62,324 nucleotides of DNA from an uncultured Bacteriovoracaceae bacterium (GCA_964400685.1 CAYNVT010000007.1:1-62324); one strand, 5' to 3'; numbered from the stretch's first letter, positions 46,149 through 56,168 are shown. The notes: generated from the sequence alone by a model not told the origin. Made by a program: numbers and translations.

Positions 46149-46990
46149 TATTCTCTCCTTCTTGCAGTAACTGCAAATTCATTGCTATAAGGGTCAAATG
46201 GTGAACCGGCGACATCGGAATAAAACCCTTCAATGCCTAACCCGCATTCTTCAAATTCCTTTCTAAGCGTTTCCCGGCTGTAGCACTGAAACCAGTTATA
46301 GATAGTCCGAGTGCGATCAGGCTCAATTATCGTATATTTATCAAGCACCACCTTTTCCTTCTCATATTTAAACGTATTCAGGAACCCATAGTATTTATCC
46401 GCCGACCAGAAGCCGTTTAAAAGACCGGCCTCGTATATCGCCTTTTCTTCCCACCCATCAAATGCCTTCAGGGAATATACATCAAGCAGAACAGAGCCGC
46501 GGGGTTTAAGAATCTTTTTGAACTTATCCAGCAGCAGTCTTCTCTGTAAAGGACCTAGTGCGCAAAAATCACACATGATCATCAGGATAAGATCGAAGCG
46601 TTCGTCTGTTTCGAATTCCAGGTAGTTGCCATTTACGTAATTTATCGACACCCCTTCCCTTTTTGCCGTTTCCCTGGCATATCTGATCGACCTTGATGAA
46701 AAGTCTATCCCGGTAACATCAGCTTTTTTCCGTGCAAGCCTGATAGCATACAGTCCTGGCCCGCAGCCGAAGTCGGCAATTTTTGTCCCGGCAGTGATAC
46801 CGAAACGTGAACCTATCCACTCAACCGAACGCGCAATAAATTCCTCTTTCCTGGATGCTGCATCGATGTCTTTGCTCAGGTGCAATTTGAGCATCTGCTC
46901 TGACGTGTATTTGTCTGTCCACAGATCGCTTGCCGTATAAAACTCAAACGGGACGGGACGTTTATTTATATCCTCGAGTTCTTCAAACAT
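46148..46990 (-). CDS. Class I SAM-dependent methyltransferase
   Basis: DFGCGPG motif I. Confidence 0.9.
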   Translation of the reverse strand: MFEELEDINKRPVPFEFYTASDLWTDKYTSEQMLKLHLSKDIDAASRKEEFIARSVEWIGSRFGITAGTKIADFGCGPGLYAIRLARKKADVTGIDFSSRSIRYARETAKREGVSINYVNGNYLEFETDERFDLILMIMCDFCALGPLQRRLLLDKFKKILKPRGSVLLDVYSLKAFDGWEEKAIYEAGLLNGFWSADKYYGFLNTFKYEKEKVVLDKYTIIEPDRTRTIYNWFQCYSRETLRKEFEECGLGIEGFYSDVAGSPFDPYSNEFAVTARRRE

Positions 46991-47026
46991 TTTACATCTC
47001 AGGGTTCAAAGATTAGAAGCAATGTA

Positions 47027-47548
47027 TCATCTGTTTTTCAAAAACATCTCGATTGCCTCTTTATGAGCGGCTGAATAATCGCATCCGGGTTCCTTGCCGC
47101 ACTTCCTGCATTTAATATCATAGGCGGAATTAATGGTGCCGCATTTATGGCAGGTGTAGTTTTCCTTTATCTCCTTAAGCCAGTTTTCCCAGCCTGTGGC
47201 CCCGATCCGGTCAAGGTCCTTGAAAAGCTCGATTCTGTGCGGCATTGCCGACTGGAATTCTTTCAAAGCTTCACAGGGATACTCCTCACACTCCACACAG
47301 AAATCGATTCCCTTTTGAGCGGCGCAATCAAACATCTTACATACCCTGCAATAAGGGCCTCTTTTCTCCGTTCGGCACCCATAGCATTTCACCTCTTCCT
47401 CAGACATTTGAAAACGTGCCGCCATTGCCGTGAGTCTGGCCGGGTCTTCCGTGGTTGCAATATACAAAGAGCAACCCTCACAGTAAAGGCCGCAAACAGC
47501 AGCCAGCTTCTTATCCGCTTCTTCCTGATGGTTTCCAACCTTTTTCAT
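47027..47548 (-). CDS. DUF3795-like Cys-rich protein
   Basis: CGLYCEGC, CYGC, FCVECEEYPC. Confidence 0.8.
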   Translation of the reverse strand: MKKVGNHQEEADKKLAAVCGLYCEGCSLYIATTEDPARLTAMAARFQMSEEEVKCYGCRTEKRGPYCRVCKMFDCAAQKGIDFCVECEEYPCEALKEFQSAMPHRIELFKDLDRIGATGWENWLKEIKENYTCHKCGTINSAYDIKCRKCGKEPGCDYSAAHKEAIEMFLKNR

Positions 47549-47562
47549 GTCTTACCTTCCAA

Positions 47563-47940
47563 TCACTTATTTGAATTTGCCGGCCACAGCCGGTCTTCGT
47601 ATTCTTTTGTGAAACATGGTGAGTTCGCAGTCAGATATTTAAGAACCTCATTTCCCGTATTTTTAATCCCATGCTTCTTATCAGGCGGGATATATACCGC
47701 GTCTCCTGCGGAGACCTCCCATTTTTCATCTTCAATAATCATAAGCCCTTTGCCGCTGATGATATAATAGCACTGCTCAGGCTCATGGGCATGGACAGGC
47801 TGCTCCGAGCCGACGGGTACCTCGGAAACCTGTATTGACAGATTCTTGCATGATGAGTTTTGAGGACTTATGAGCATGTGCGAGGTGAGGATTTCAAGCT
47901 TTCCGGTGTTCCTTGTATTATTTTTATTGAATATTTCCAT
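47563..47940 (-). CDS. Cupin domain protein
   Basis: HAHEPEQCYYIISG, IPPDKKH. Confidence 0.88.
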   Translation of the reverse strand: MEIFNKNNTRNTGKLEILTSHMLISPQNSSCKNLSIQVSEVPVGSEQPVHAHEPEQCYYIISGKGLMIIEDEKWEVSAGDAVYIPPDKKHGIKNTGNEVLKYLTANSPCFTKEYEDRLWPANSNK

Positions 47941-48121
47941 ATCATTCCCTTTAAGGCCTCGATAAATTGCCACAGCTATAAAAGATTTCGCATTGCCGGC
48001 AATCCGGGGTTCTCCATCTCAGGCCTTATGAATACCCCAGGAGACTTTATGACATCAAAGATTCATCTTCGGTATTTAACGGTATTTGTCAAGGATGAAC
48101 AGTCTGACTTCCTGCTTCGTA

Positions 48122-48997
48122 TCAGACAATAGCATTAATTACATGGGCAAGACTCCCGGTCCTCAACCCGTCCGTCCGTCCCATGAAATACCGGGCATTC
48201 ATTTCTTCCGGTTCTATATTCTCAACATACAGAAATCCCATAACAAGCAGACTGGCCTTTAAACAGGAAGGGTCAAAGAAGCTTTGAAAAGGTTCGCCAG
48301 CCTGGGCCACGAAAAGAGACAGGCTGTCGAAAGCCCTTTTTCCCATAGGGCTGAGCAGCGATGGCAATATCATATAGTCGAAAACTATCCCGCTGCCCAT
48401 AGGCATCGATGTTACAAATTTCAGCGTGGCATCAATCGCGTTTTCAGTCAGGTAGGGGGTAACACCGAGCCATGAAAAGAAGGTGCTTTTACCTGCATCA
48501 AATCCTGCACGCCTGAGACCTTGTTCAAGTGTCTCGGCCTCAAAATCAATGGGTGCAAAATTAAGGGTTGGTGGAATATGTATGCCCGACTCCTCAAGAC
48601 ACTTTCGTTTGAAGGCCTGCGTGGCCGGATAGTCTACTTCAAATACGCGCAGTGATTCGTATGGATTCCTGTATGCAAAGGTATTGAGTCCTGCGCCAAG
48701 GTCGACATACTGTATGACACCTCGCTTCACGGCCTTATGAAGTTCGTCTTCAGCGAATCTGCTGCGTGCAGCCATCGAACCCCGCAGCACGCGCGATATG
48801 GGGGTCTCCTTCAGCCATTCCGGCTTCGGCTGAAGATTCGCTGCATCTTCAACACCCAGAATGCGAAGTGCCAGAGGGTCATCAAATACCCTGGGAGCAT
48901 CAAGTATCTGATGTGCAGCGCGTCTGAGCGCAACACGCATTGCAGTATCGCTCGGACAGTTCTCTTTTATAACCCACCCCGTTTTTAAAATTTTCAC
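48122..48997 (-). CDS. LCM-type SAM-dependent methyltransferase
   Basis: ALRRAAH, RSRFAED, LGAGLNT, FEVD, WLGVTPYL. Confidence 0.88.
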   Translation of the reverse strand: MKILKTGWVIKENCPSDTAMRVALRRAAHQILDAPRVFDDPLALRILGVEDAANLQPKPEWLKETPISRVLRGSMAARSRFAEDELHKAVKRGVIQYVDLGAGLNTFAYRNPYESLRVFEVDYPATQAFKRKCLEESGIHIPPTLNFAPIDFEAETLEQGLRRAGFDAGKSTFFSWLGVTPYLTENAIDATLKFVTSMPMGSGIVFDYMILPSLLSPMGKRAFDSLSLFVAQAGEPFQSFFDPSCLKASLLVMGFLYVENIEPEEMNARYFMGRTDGLRTGSLAHVINAIV

Positions 48998-49156
48998 GGC
49001 ATCAGATTATCATCTTTGATGTTTGAATATTTTTGTCAAGGAGTAAGGGTTTTATATCAATTGTTTCTGATGTCTCATTTTCAAAATGGTTATGTTCAAA
49101 TATTTGTGATAATTATTCACTTTAATTAAAGTTTATTTTTCCAACAGGAGGTGAAC

Positions 49157-49822
49157 ATGTATCATCTCATCCCGGTTCCTTTCGCAGTCATCGGCATTGT
49201 AATCTACTGGTGGGCACGCCAGCAGAACGACCTTTCGACCGTTTCAGTAGTCCAGCCCGTTATAACCATCCTGTGCATAATAACCGCCCTGCTCTCCTTC
49301 ACCAGACCGGGGACCAACAGAAAGCTCACCCTCTGGCTCAGTGCAGGTCTTACAATTGCGCTCCTTGGAGACTTCCTGAACCTCAACATGACCGACCCGT
49401 CCGTTGTAATACGGGGCCTCGTTATAGCAATCATCGCCTACATGACATACGCCGTGGGGCTTACCGTCATAAACGGTTTTCATAAACAGGACCTGTATGT
49501 TGGCGCGGCGGGTCTCGTCATATACGCAGGCGTCATGTCATATCTCTGGCCGTATCTCGGCAGCATGAAAATACCCGGGATGATATACGGGCTCGTGCTT
49601 CCATTCGTGGTCACCAGGGCTGTTTCAACCTTTTTCGGGGATAAGATCTCAAAGACGCAGGCAACATTTCTTACAATCGGCACCGCCATGCTCTACATAG
49701 GGGATGTCGAATTCGCGCTGCACACATATACAAAGGACGTGCCCATGCTTTTCGGGCCGTTTCTCTATTCCGGGGGGCAGCTCATGATAGCACTCAGCGC
49801 CTCATTCGGTAAAAAGATCTGA
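49157..49822 (+). CDS. YhhN/lysoplasmalogenase-like membrane protein
   Basis: LLGDFLN, multiple TMs, YIGD, LYSGGQLMI; AGGAGG RBS. Confidence 0.75.
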   Translation: MYHLIPVPFAVIGIVIYWWARQQNDLSTVSVVQPVITILCIITALLSFTRPGTNRKLTLWLSAGLTIALLGDFLNLNMTDPSVVIRGLVIAIIAYMTYAVGLTVINGFHKQDLYVGAAGLVIYAGVMSYLWPYLGSMKIPGMIYGLVLPFVVTRAVSTFFGDKISKTQATFLTIGTAMLYIGDVEFALHTYTKDVPMLFGPFLYSGGQLMIALSASFGKKI

Positions 49823-49867
49823 GGCAAGTCAGGTTATACCGTTTTATCGCTCAACACTGCCTCAGCA

Positions 49868-51085
49868 TCATCCTTTAAGGGCCCCAAGCAGCCTGAAGAC
49901 ATCATCATCGTCCATGATTTTTGGCACAGGAAAGGGAATGCATTCCATGTGCACGGACTTTGTAATTTCATCAAAATCATTCTCTCTGAGTTCGGCAATT
50001 GTTGCTTCTATTCCATACCTGCGGTTGAAGCCCCTTATGGCCTCTATGAACGCCGCCGCCTTCTGATCATCGTTCATGTCAGGAGTGGTAATATTGATGA
50101 TATCGGCGAGCTTGCCCAGCCGCCTGCATGCAACAGACCCGTAATATTCAAAAACAAGCGGCATGACAGCGCCGATCACCCTTCCATGCGGAAGGCTGTA
50201 CATGCCGCCTATCTTGTGCGCAAAAGGATGTACATAACCTGTCAAAGCTCGGTTCAGCACGACGCCTGCATAATATGACGCAAGAAGCATCTGAAAGCGC
50301 GCTTCAATATCATTTCCATCGTTATATACCTTGTCGATGTTTTCGAAAATCATCCTGACCGCCATCTCGGTATAGACATCGGATACCCTGCAATGGGCCT
50401 TTCCTATGTAGCCCTCGATGGCATGAGAAAGGGCATCCATGGCCGTTATGGCAGTAAAGAAGGGAGGCAGACCGAGTGTAAGCTCGGGATCAAGAACGAT
50501 GAAATGCGGATGCAGAAGAAAGTCGTTCACAGTGTACTTGATGTGCGTCTTCGGGTCGGTGACAACGGCGGCGCTTGTGGTTTCCGCTCCTGTGCCCGCG
50601 GTTGTAGGAACCGCGAAGATGCGGGGCACTCTCTTTGGAACCGGTAGCATGACCTTAAGGTACCCGCCCAGTTTATCCGCTGTGAGATTGGGCCTGGCAA
50701 CCCTTCCTGCAACCACCTTGGCGCAGTCCATGGATGAGCCGCCGCCGAAGCCCACTAATGCATCGCAGCCGTTTTTCATGAATAGAGCATATGCGCTTTC
50801 AATATTGTCTATCGTCGGGTTAGGCTGGACACCGTCATATACCGCATAAGGCATTCCGATAGCATCTAATTCAGCGAAAAGACCGTCAAGCAGCCTTATC
50901 TGCATGAGTACAGGATCAGTTACTATAAGCGGCTTCCTGATGCCCCGGGCCCTTATAAGTTTCGGAAGTTTTTTGACGCTTCCCGCCCCCTGCATAAGAA
51001 AGCTCTCCTGGGGTGGAATGAGATACATAGAAAATGCCAGACTGGTTTTCAATGCTGACAGAAGAGGTTTTCGAATTATATTCAT
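49868..51085 (-). CDS. Iron-containing alcohol dehydrogenase
   Basis: GGGSSMD, PTTAGTGAE, DALSHAIE, HxxxH, PHG. Confidence 0.93.
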   Translation of the reverse strand: MNIIRKPLLSALKTSLAFSMYLIPPQESFLMQGAGSVKKLPKLIRARGIRKPLIVTDPVLMQIRLLDGLFAELDAIGMPYAVYDGVQPNPTIDNIESAYALFMKNGCDALVGFGGGSSMDCAKVVAGRVARPNLTADKLGGYLKVMLPVPKRVPRIFAVPTTAGTGAETTSAAVVTDPKTHIKYTVNDFLLHPHFIVLDPELTLGLPPFFTAITAMDALSHAIEGYIGKAHCRVSDVYTEMAVRMIFENIDKVYNDGNDIEARFQMLLASYYAGVVLNRALTGYVHPFAHKIGGMYSLPHGRVIGAVMPLVFEYYGSVACRRLGKLADIINITTPDMNDDQKAAAFIEAIRGFNRRYGIEATIAELRENDFDEITKSVHMECIPFPVPKIMDDDDVFRLLGALKG

Positions 51086-51179
51086 AAAATCTTCATCCTC
51101 CTGTACAAAAAAGTTTTATCCTCTTTTCCTTAAATACTTTTGCTGTCGATTGCTTAATCTGACGCCTGAAATCGATCCT

Positions 51180-51695
51180 TCAATATCCTTTGTAATTTTT
51201 CAGTACATCATCCCTGTTATCTTTCCTGGCCAGGCCTTTCTGGATGGACAGGGCATAGGCAAGCACGTCCGATGGTTTCCACACGAGGTTCCATGACTTA
51301 ACCCAGCTCGAATACGTGTCTCCCCCGCCTTTTCTCAATGCGCTTGAGACAACGGTCGAGCAGTTCATCTTGAGAGTATCCCAGGGGAGAAGCGGGCCCT
51401 GAAACTTCACGCCGTCCCGGTTAAGGCCAAATGACTGCCTCCAGTCCTTTATCCTTGTCTCATCAAGCCCTTCTATATAAATCTGGTGGTCAGGTTTCTG
51501 CTTTTCAGCCTTCACATCCTCTTCGAATGTCCTGTTCCTGAACGGATTAGATGCATATATGTTCCGATGGATGTGCGACGGAACCAGCCCCGGCCTTTCC
51601 GGCCACCATGAGATGTATGTCCTGTCAATCTGCATCGAGGCATGCCCCCATGCAGCCGATTTGCCCCTGAAACTCCAGATATTAACGCACAACAT
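51180..51695 (-). CDS. Hypothetical protein
   Basis: GGAGG RBS at 51695; WGHASM and NCSTVV motifs (His/Cys, possibly papain-like). Confidence 0.65.
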   Translation of the reverse strand: MLCVNIWSFRGKSAAWGHASMQIDRTYISWWPERPGLVPSHIHRNIYASNPFRNRTFEEDVKAEKQKPDHQIYIEGLDETRIKDWRQSFGLNRDGVKFQGPLLPWDTLKMNCSTVVSSALRKGGGDTYSSWVKSWNLVWKPSDVLAYALSIQKGLARKDNRDDVLKNYKGY

Positions 51696-51738
51696 CCCAT
51701 ATCCTCCTTCACCTGAAAATTTCAGGTACGCGGCTTTG

Positions 51739-51900
51739 CTATAAAACCCTTTTACCCTCGGGATCGAAGCCCGCCGATTCATAGAAGCGTAGTGCTGCTT
51801 CATCCTTTTTATCCGGCAACGAGTCGTCCGTGACATGCATATGCTTATACAGCTCAAGCAGCGCGGACAGGTCGTCCGGTAAGAGTACACGTATATCCAT
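51739..51900 (-). pseudogene. Internally deleted GNAT acetyltransferase
   Basis: GGAGG RBS; MDIRVLLPDDLSALLELYKHMHVTDDSLPD fused to KKDEAALRFYESAGFDPEGKRVL*; 53 aa, central acetyl-CoA motif absent. Confidence 0.7.
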
Positions 51901-51941
51901 CAACGGTTGCCTCCAATACTATGAAGTTGATTTCAGGGCAT

Positions 51942-53009
51942 TCAGTACGTTTTTATTGCAATACCGTTTACCACCGAAACACCGCCCATATCTTCGAGGT
52001 CGATCCTATTGCCGCCTTTCCAGATGCAGGCATGGTCTCTGTCATCAATGCTGTAGCTTCCTGCAATATAGAGGGTGCCTTCTGACGATACTGCAATAGC
52101 CCTGGCGTCGCCCCCGTCTCCGTTCGGAAGATCGGTTCTGTCACCGTTCTTCCAGTAGCACGCCTTTTTTACATCTCCGGTAGTCTGATATCCGGCGACA
52201 TAAACATCGTCTCCATAAACGGTTACTGCATTGGCCATGTCGTTTTCTCCGCCGCCGGACAGGATGGTTCGCACGCCATTCTTCCAGATTACCGCCACCT
52301 TGCCGTCTTCAGGAATCACATATCCGACAAATATCAGGTCCGGACCGTTTATGGCAACGGCGCCGGCTTCACTCTGCATATGCTCGGGACTCAACTCGAT
52401 TCTCGTTCCGTTCATCCAATAGCATGCAATGTTAGGAAAATTTATCCCGTATCTGCCCGCCACATAGACATCGCCATTATCAACCGCAATATCCAGGCCC
52501 ACTCCAGTATGCCCTTCCTCTTTCATTATCGTCAGAACGCCGTTCTTCCAGTAGCTGGCCTGCGGAGGTTCAGTTATGTTATGGGCGTTAGCAGTTGCGC
52601 CGCCAAAATACAGATCGTCCTCATCAAAAGCAATGCCTCCGACAAAATCAGCGCCTCCGCCGTCGAGATTCGTGCGTTCGCCGTTTTTCCAATATGCAGC
52701 ACTGCAGTATCCGGATATTGCATGATATCCTGCTATATAAACATCGTCACCGCCGAGTTTGATGGTATTCGCCCCGCTGTTCACCGCATCCGGAGACGCC
52801 TGCAGATAATTAAGCTTCCCGTTCACCCAGCATACCGCGTATTCCTTGCCGTTTTTATCAAGATTGCCGACGGCAATTATATCCGTTCCTTCATTCGATG
52901 AACTGCTGCTTCCGCCTGAGCAACCGTAAATGAAAAACATAAGGGATATAACTATTGATAAAACGGTTATTTTATTTAAGCTGGTAATGCGTGAAGAATA
53001 GTTTTTCAT
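51942..53009 (-). CDS. Lipoprotein with 7 AxxWKNG repeats (probable beta-propeller)
   Basis: IYGC lipobox; AVCWVNG, AAYWKNG, ASYWKNG, ACYWMNG, AVIWKNG, ACYWKNG, ACIWKGG. Confidence 0.8.
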   Translation of the reverse strand: MKNYSSRITSLNKITVLSIVISLMFFIYGCSGGSSSSSNEGTDIIAVGNLDKNGKEYAVCWVNGKLNYLQASPDAVNSGANTIKLGGDDVYIAGYHAISGYCSAAYWKNGERTNLDGGGADFVGGIAFDEDDLYFGGATANAHNITEPPQASYWKNGVLTIMKEEGHTGVGLDIAVDNGDVYVAGRYGINFPNIACYWMNGTRIELSPEHMQSEAGAVAINGPDLIFVGYVIPEDGKVAVIWKNGVRTILSGGGENDMANAVTVYGDDVYVAGYQTTGDVKKACYWKNGDRTDLPNGDGGDARAIAVSSEGTLYIAGSYSIDDRDHACIWKGGNRIDLEDMGGVSVVNGIAIKTY

Positions 53010-53034
53010 GTCATACTCCTTATTTCTACTGTAT

Positions 53035-53526
53035 TCATTTCCGGTTTTGCAGGTTTATATAATCATCGAGACGCGTTTTCCACCCATTTACAACCGCCCT
53101 GTCAGACGACCCTTCATAGAAACGCCCGGGCGCGAAAAGCGGGTATTCCCTTCCGTTCCTGAGCTTGAGAACAAGATAGTAGCAGTTTACGAAGTTTGAG
53201 TGCTTACCCAGATAACCGATACCTATCTCGACAATTTCACTGAATCCGATAGTACGCTTTTTTCTGCCGAACCGCGTTTTATCTTCAACTGTTATGCGCC
53301 TCGCAGCCGGATCGATTGTGACGCTTTGTTTTCCCTGAAAAAGCACCCCTGCTGTGCCGATGACAAGAATCATGACGCCGAGAAGAAAACCGGCCTTGTT
53401 GTTTGTCAGGCCGGGTCCGCTGAAGTCATGAAAGCCAGCAACAAGTATGAATCCGGCGGCAATGGCCAGAATGCAAATTATGATCTGCCTGCCGGGACGG
53501 CTTTCTGAAATCCACTTTTCCATCAC
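53035..53526 (-). CDS. Hypothetical membrane protein (2 TM plus soluble domain)
   Basis: Two hydrophobic helices; co-oriented with neighbours. Confidence 0.7.
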   Translation of the reverse strand: MMEKWISESRPGRQIIICILAIAAGFILVAGFHDFSGPGLTNNKAGFLLGVMILVIGTAGVLFQGKQSVTIDPAARRITVEDKTRFGRKKRTIGFSEIVEIGIGYLGKHSNFVNCYYLVLKLRNGREYPLFAPGRFYEGSSDRAVVNGWKTRLDDYINLQNRK

Positions 53527-53557
53527 ACCTCCGGAAGTACGTTCCTGATATAAACAA

Positions 53558-54211
53558 CTATCTCACAACAGGTTTTACTGCAAACACATACGCCCTTCTG
53601 CTTTGATATTCCACATCGGGATACGGCTCCCTCTCGATTATCTCAATGTCTGTAAAACCGCAGTTCTTAAGACAGTCTGAAATAAAATCCACATTGAAAA
53701 ACATGAAGTCAATATCCGTTTTCCTGCCCAGGAACTCTTCAACATGCATTGTCAAATCACCGATGTGAAAAGTGAGAAGGAATCTTCCACCCGGCTGCAA
53801 TACCCTGTATATTTCGCAAAAGGCGGTTTTAACCTGTTCTTCTGTAAAGTGAACTATGGCATAAAAGGCGACTGCTCCGGCTATTGTGTCATCCTCGAAA
53901 TCAAGGGCAAGAATATTTCCCCTTCTGAATTGTATATCCGGATGAATTTCTCTCGCATGCTCAAGCATTTTTTCAGACAGGTCAAGACCTGAGATTTCAA
54001 CACCGAGGTCTTTCAGGTATCTTGTTGTCTGACCGGGGCCGCAGCCCAGATCCCATACCGGTTTATTGTTTCCCAGCTCTTCAGAAAACCTGAGCAGCAT
54101 TTCCCGGTCTTTAGGCTTTTTTTGATGCTCATTGGTGAATTTTTCCGCGTATTCTGCAGCTACACAGTCATACGTCTCTTCAATCCTTCTTGGATTCTGT
54201 TTCTCATTCAT
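53558..54211 (-). CDS. Class I SAM-dependent methyltransferase
   Basis: DLGCGPG, GLDLSEKML. Confidence 0.92.
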   Translation of the reverse strand: MNEKQNPRRIEETYDCVAAEYAEKFTNEHQKKPKDREMLLRFSEELGNNKPVWDLGCGPGQTTRYLKDLGVEISGLDLSEKMLEHAREIHPDIQFRRGNILALDFEDDTIAGAVAFYAIVHFTEEQVKTAFCEIYRVLQPGGRFLLTFHIGDLTMHVEEFLGRKTDIDFMFFNVDFISDCLKNCGFTDIEIIEREPYPDVEYQSRRAYVFAVKPVVR

Positions 54212-54245
54212 AACCTGAGCACCTTCTGAATTCCTTAAGCCTTCA

Positions 54246-54719
54246 TTATTCCGGCCTGCTCGAAAATATCCCTGTTATGCACAATGTAATCTCTCCATCG
54301 GGCCTCTTAACGGCAACTTCATCATCCACATTCCTGTTAAGCAGAGCCCTTCCTACAGGCGAATCGATGCTGATCCTGCCGGTGCTCACGTCAGTCTCCT
54401 CGGGACCGACAAGCTGATAACAGCGTTTTTCACCTGACTCCTCTTCATATGTGACCCAGCATCCGAAAACGACCCTGGCCGGATTCTGCACAGCGGCCGC
54501 CACTTTCAATACCTTCAGCCGTGAACTAAGGTGTTTGAGCCTGTTGTCAATCTCTCTCAAACGCTTTTTGCCATAGATGTATTCCGCATTCTCCGAGCGG
54601 TCGCCTTCAGCAGCCGCATCGGCAACACCGCGCACCACCTTCGGGCGCTCCACCTTCCAGAGATAGTCATATTCTTCTATCAGTTTTTTCAAGCCTTCAG
54701 CTGAAATAAGATTTGTCAC
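54246..54719 (-). CDS. greB: Transcription elongation factor GreB
   Basis: GDRSENAEYIYGKKRLREID, ISIDSPVGRALL; GTG start with GGAG RBS. Confidence 0.93.
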   Translation of the reverse strand: MTNLISAEGLKKLIEEYDYLWKVERPKVVRGVADAAAEGDRSENAEYIYGKKRLREIDNRLKHLSSRLKVLKVAAAVQNPARVVFGCWVTYEEESGEKRCYQLVGPEETDVSTGRISIDSPVGRALLNRNVDDEVAVKRPDGEITLCITGIFSSRPE

Positions 54720-55048
54720 CCGGCAACTCCAGCAGGATATAAAACCGGCAGTCCATTCACATGAACTGCCGTAAGGCAATATGCTTTAAAGATGTTTATT
54801 TTTCGACGTCGAGCAATTCAACATCAAAGAGAAGTGTCGCGTTCGGAGGAATGACCCCGCCTGCCCCCCTGGCGCCGTAACCGAGATTGGGAGGTATGAT
54901 AAGCTTTCTTTTTCCGCCGACTTTCATCGTCATTACGCCTTCTATAATGAACCCCGTTTTTCAGACCACAGTATAAGGTGGATTTTGGGAAAGGATTTAT
55001 TGAAGATTTGAGGTTGAGATGACCGAGAATCCAGTAAGCGGGGTAGAC

Positions 55049-55330
55049 ATGAACAAGAGAAGAACGCACACTAATGAATTCAAGGCCAGGGTGGCACTTG
55101 AGGCTGTCCGGGGCGATAAGACGATAAACGAAATAGCATCTGTTTATAAGATTCATCCAAATATGATTACCAAGTGGAAGAAGCAGTTCATGGACAGAAT
55201 GCCGGATATGTTTGAACACGGTATTAAGGAAAAGCCCGATGATGCTGAGAAGGAAGAGCTTTACAAACAGATAGGCAAGATGAAGGTAGAACTGGACTGG
55301 TTGAAAAAAAAAGTCGGACTTATCAGTTGA
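55049..55330 (+). CDS. IS3 transposase OrfA (HTH)
   Basis: FKARVALEA, ELYKQIGKMKVELDWLKKK. Confidence 0.92.
   Translation: MNKRRTHTNEFKARVALEAVRGDKTINEIASVYKIHPNMITKWKKQFMDRMPDMFEHGIKEKPDDAEKEELYKQIGKMKVELDWLKKKVGLIS
55304..55312 (+). promoter_or_regulatory. A9 slippage tract at the orfA/orfB junction
   Basis: TTG AAA AAA AAA GTC; orfB codons begin 1 nt downstream of orfA codons. Confidence 0.7.
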
Positions 55331-55340
55331 GGACAAGCGG

Positions 55341-56168
55341 ATGCTGATAGACCCTGGACATGAAGTAAACATCAGGAAGCAATGCGAGCTTGTTGGACTC
55401 AACCGGTCGAATCTGTACTACAAGCCAGTTCCCGAATCCGAAGAGGACATCAGGATAAAGAACCTGATTGATGAAATCTATACGGAGAAGCCCTTTTTCG
55501 GGTACAGGAAAATGACTGTTTACCTTAAGCAGAAAGGCTTCGATATAAACCACAAGAGAGTTTCCAGATTGATGAAGGAAATGGGGATTCAGGCCGTTCA
55601 CCCGAAACGGAATCTCAGCAGGGCGAATCAGGAGCACAAGGTATATCCGTATCTTCTGAAAGATCAAGAAATAACAAGACCGGATCAGGTGTGGTCATCG
55701 GACATAACATATATCCGGATGAAACAGGGCTTTATATATCTTGCCGCAGTAATGGACTGGCATAGCAGGTATGTTCTTTCCTGGTCTGTTTCGAACACGA
55801 TGGATGTTCATTTCTGCATAGAGGCTTTAAACAAAGCATTGATGAACGGCAAACCGGAGATATTCAACACGGATCAGGGGTCTCAGTTCACGAGTGAGGC
55901 TTTCACCTCAATCCTTCTCAAAAACAACATACAGATAAGCATGGATTCCAAAGGCAGAGTCTTTGACAACATCTTTATCGAAAGGCTCTGGCGTTCTCTG
56001 AAATATGAAGACATCTACATCAGGGACTATGACACAGTAAAAGAAGCGATAAAGGGCATATCCAGGTATTTTGAATTCTACAACAACGAAAGGCCACATC
56101 AGTCTCTTGGATATAGAACACCGTCAGAGGAGTATTATGGTCAGTTCCAGTCAGCCGTCAATTTCTAG
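55341..56168 (+). CDS. IS3 transposase OrfB (DDE/rve)
   Basis: WSSDITY, NTDQGSQFTS, DNIFIERLWRSLKYE; frame open from 55305. Confidence 0.95.
   Translation: MLIDPGHEVNIRKQCELVGLNRSNLYYKPVPESEEDIRIKNLIDEIYTEKPFFGYRKMTVYLKQKGFDINHKRVSRLMKEMGIQAVHPKRNLSRANQEHKVYPYLLKDQEITRPDQVWSSDITYIRMKQGFIYLAAVMDWHSRYVLSWSVSNTMDVHFCIEALNKALMNGKPEIFNTDQGSQFTSEAFTSILLKNNIQISMDSKGRVFDNIFIERLWRSLKYEDIYIRDYDTVKEAIKGISRYFEFYNNERPHQSLGYRTPSEEYYGQFQSAVNF

Noticed and set aside
54824-55402. 192-aa minus-strand ORF and the 56071..56475 ORF
   Set aside because: Antisense or chimeric frames across the IS and its boundaries; the real content is the IS and the split FKBP.
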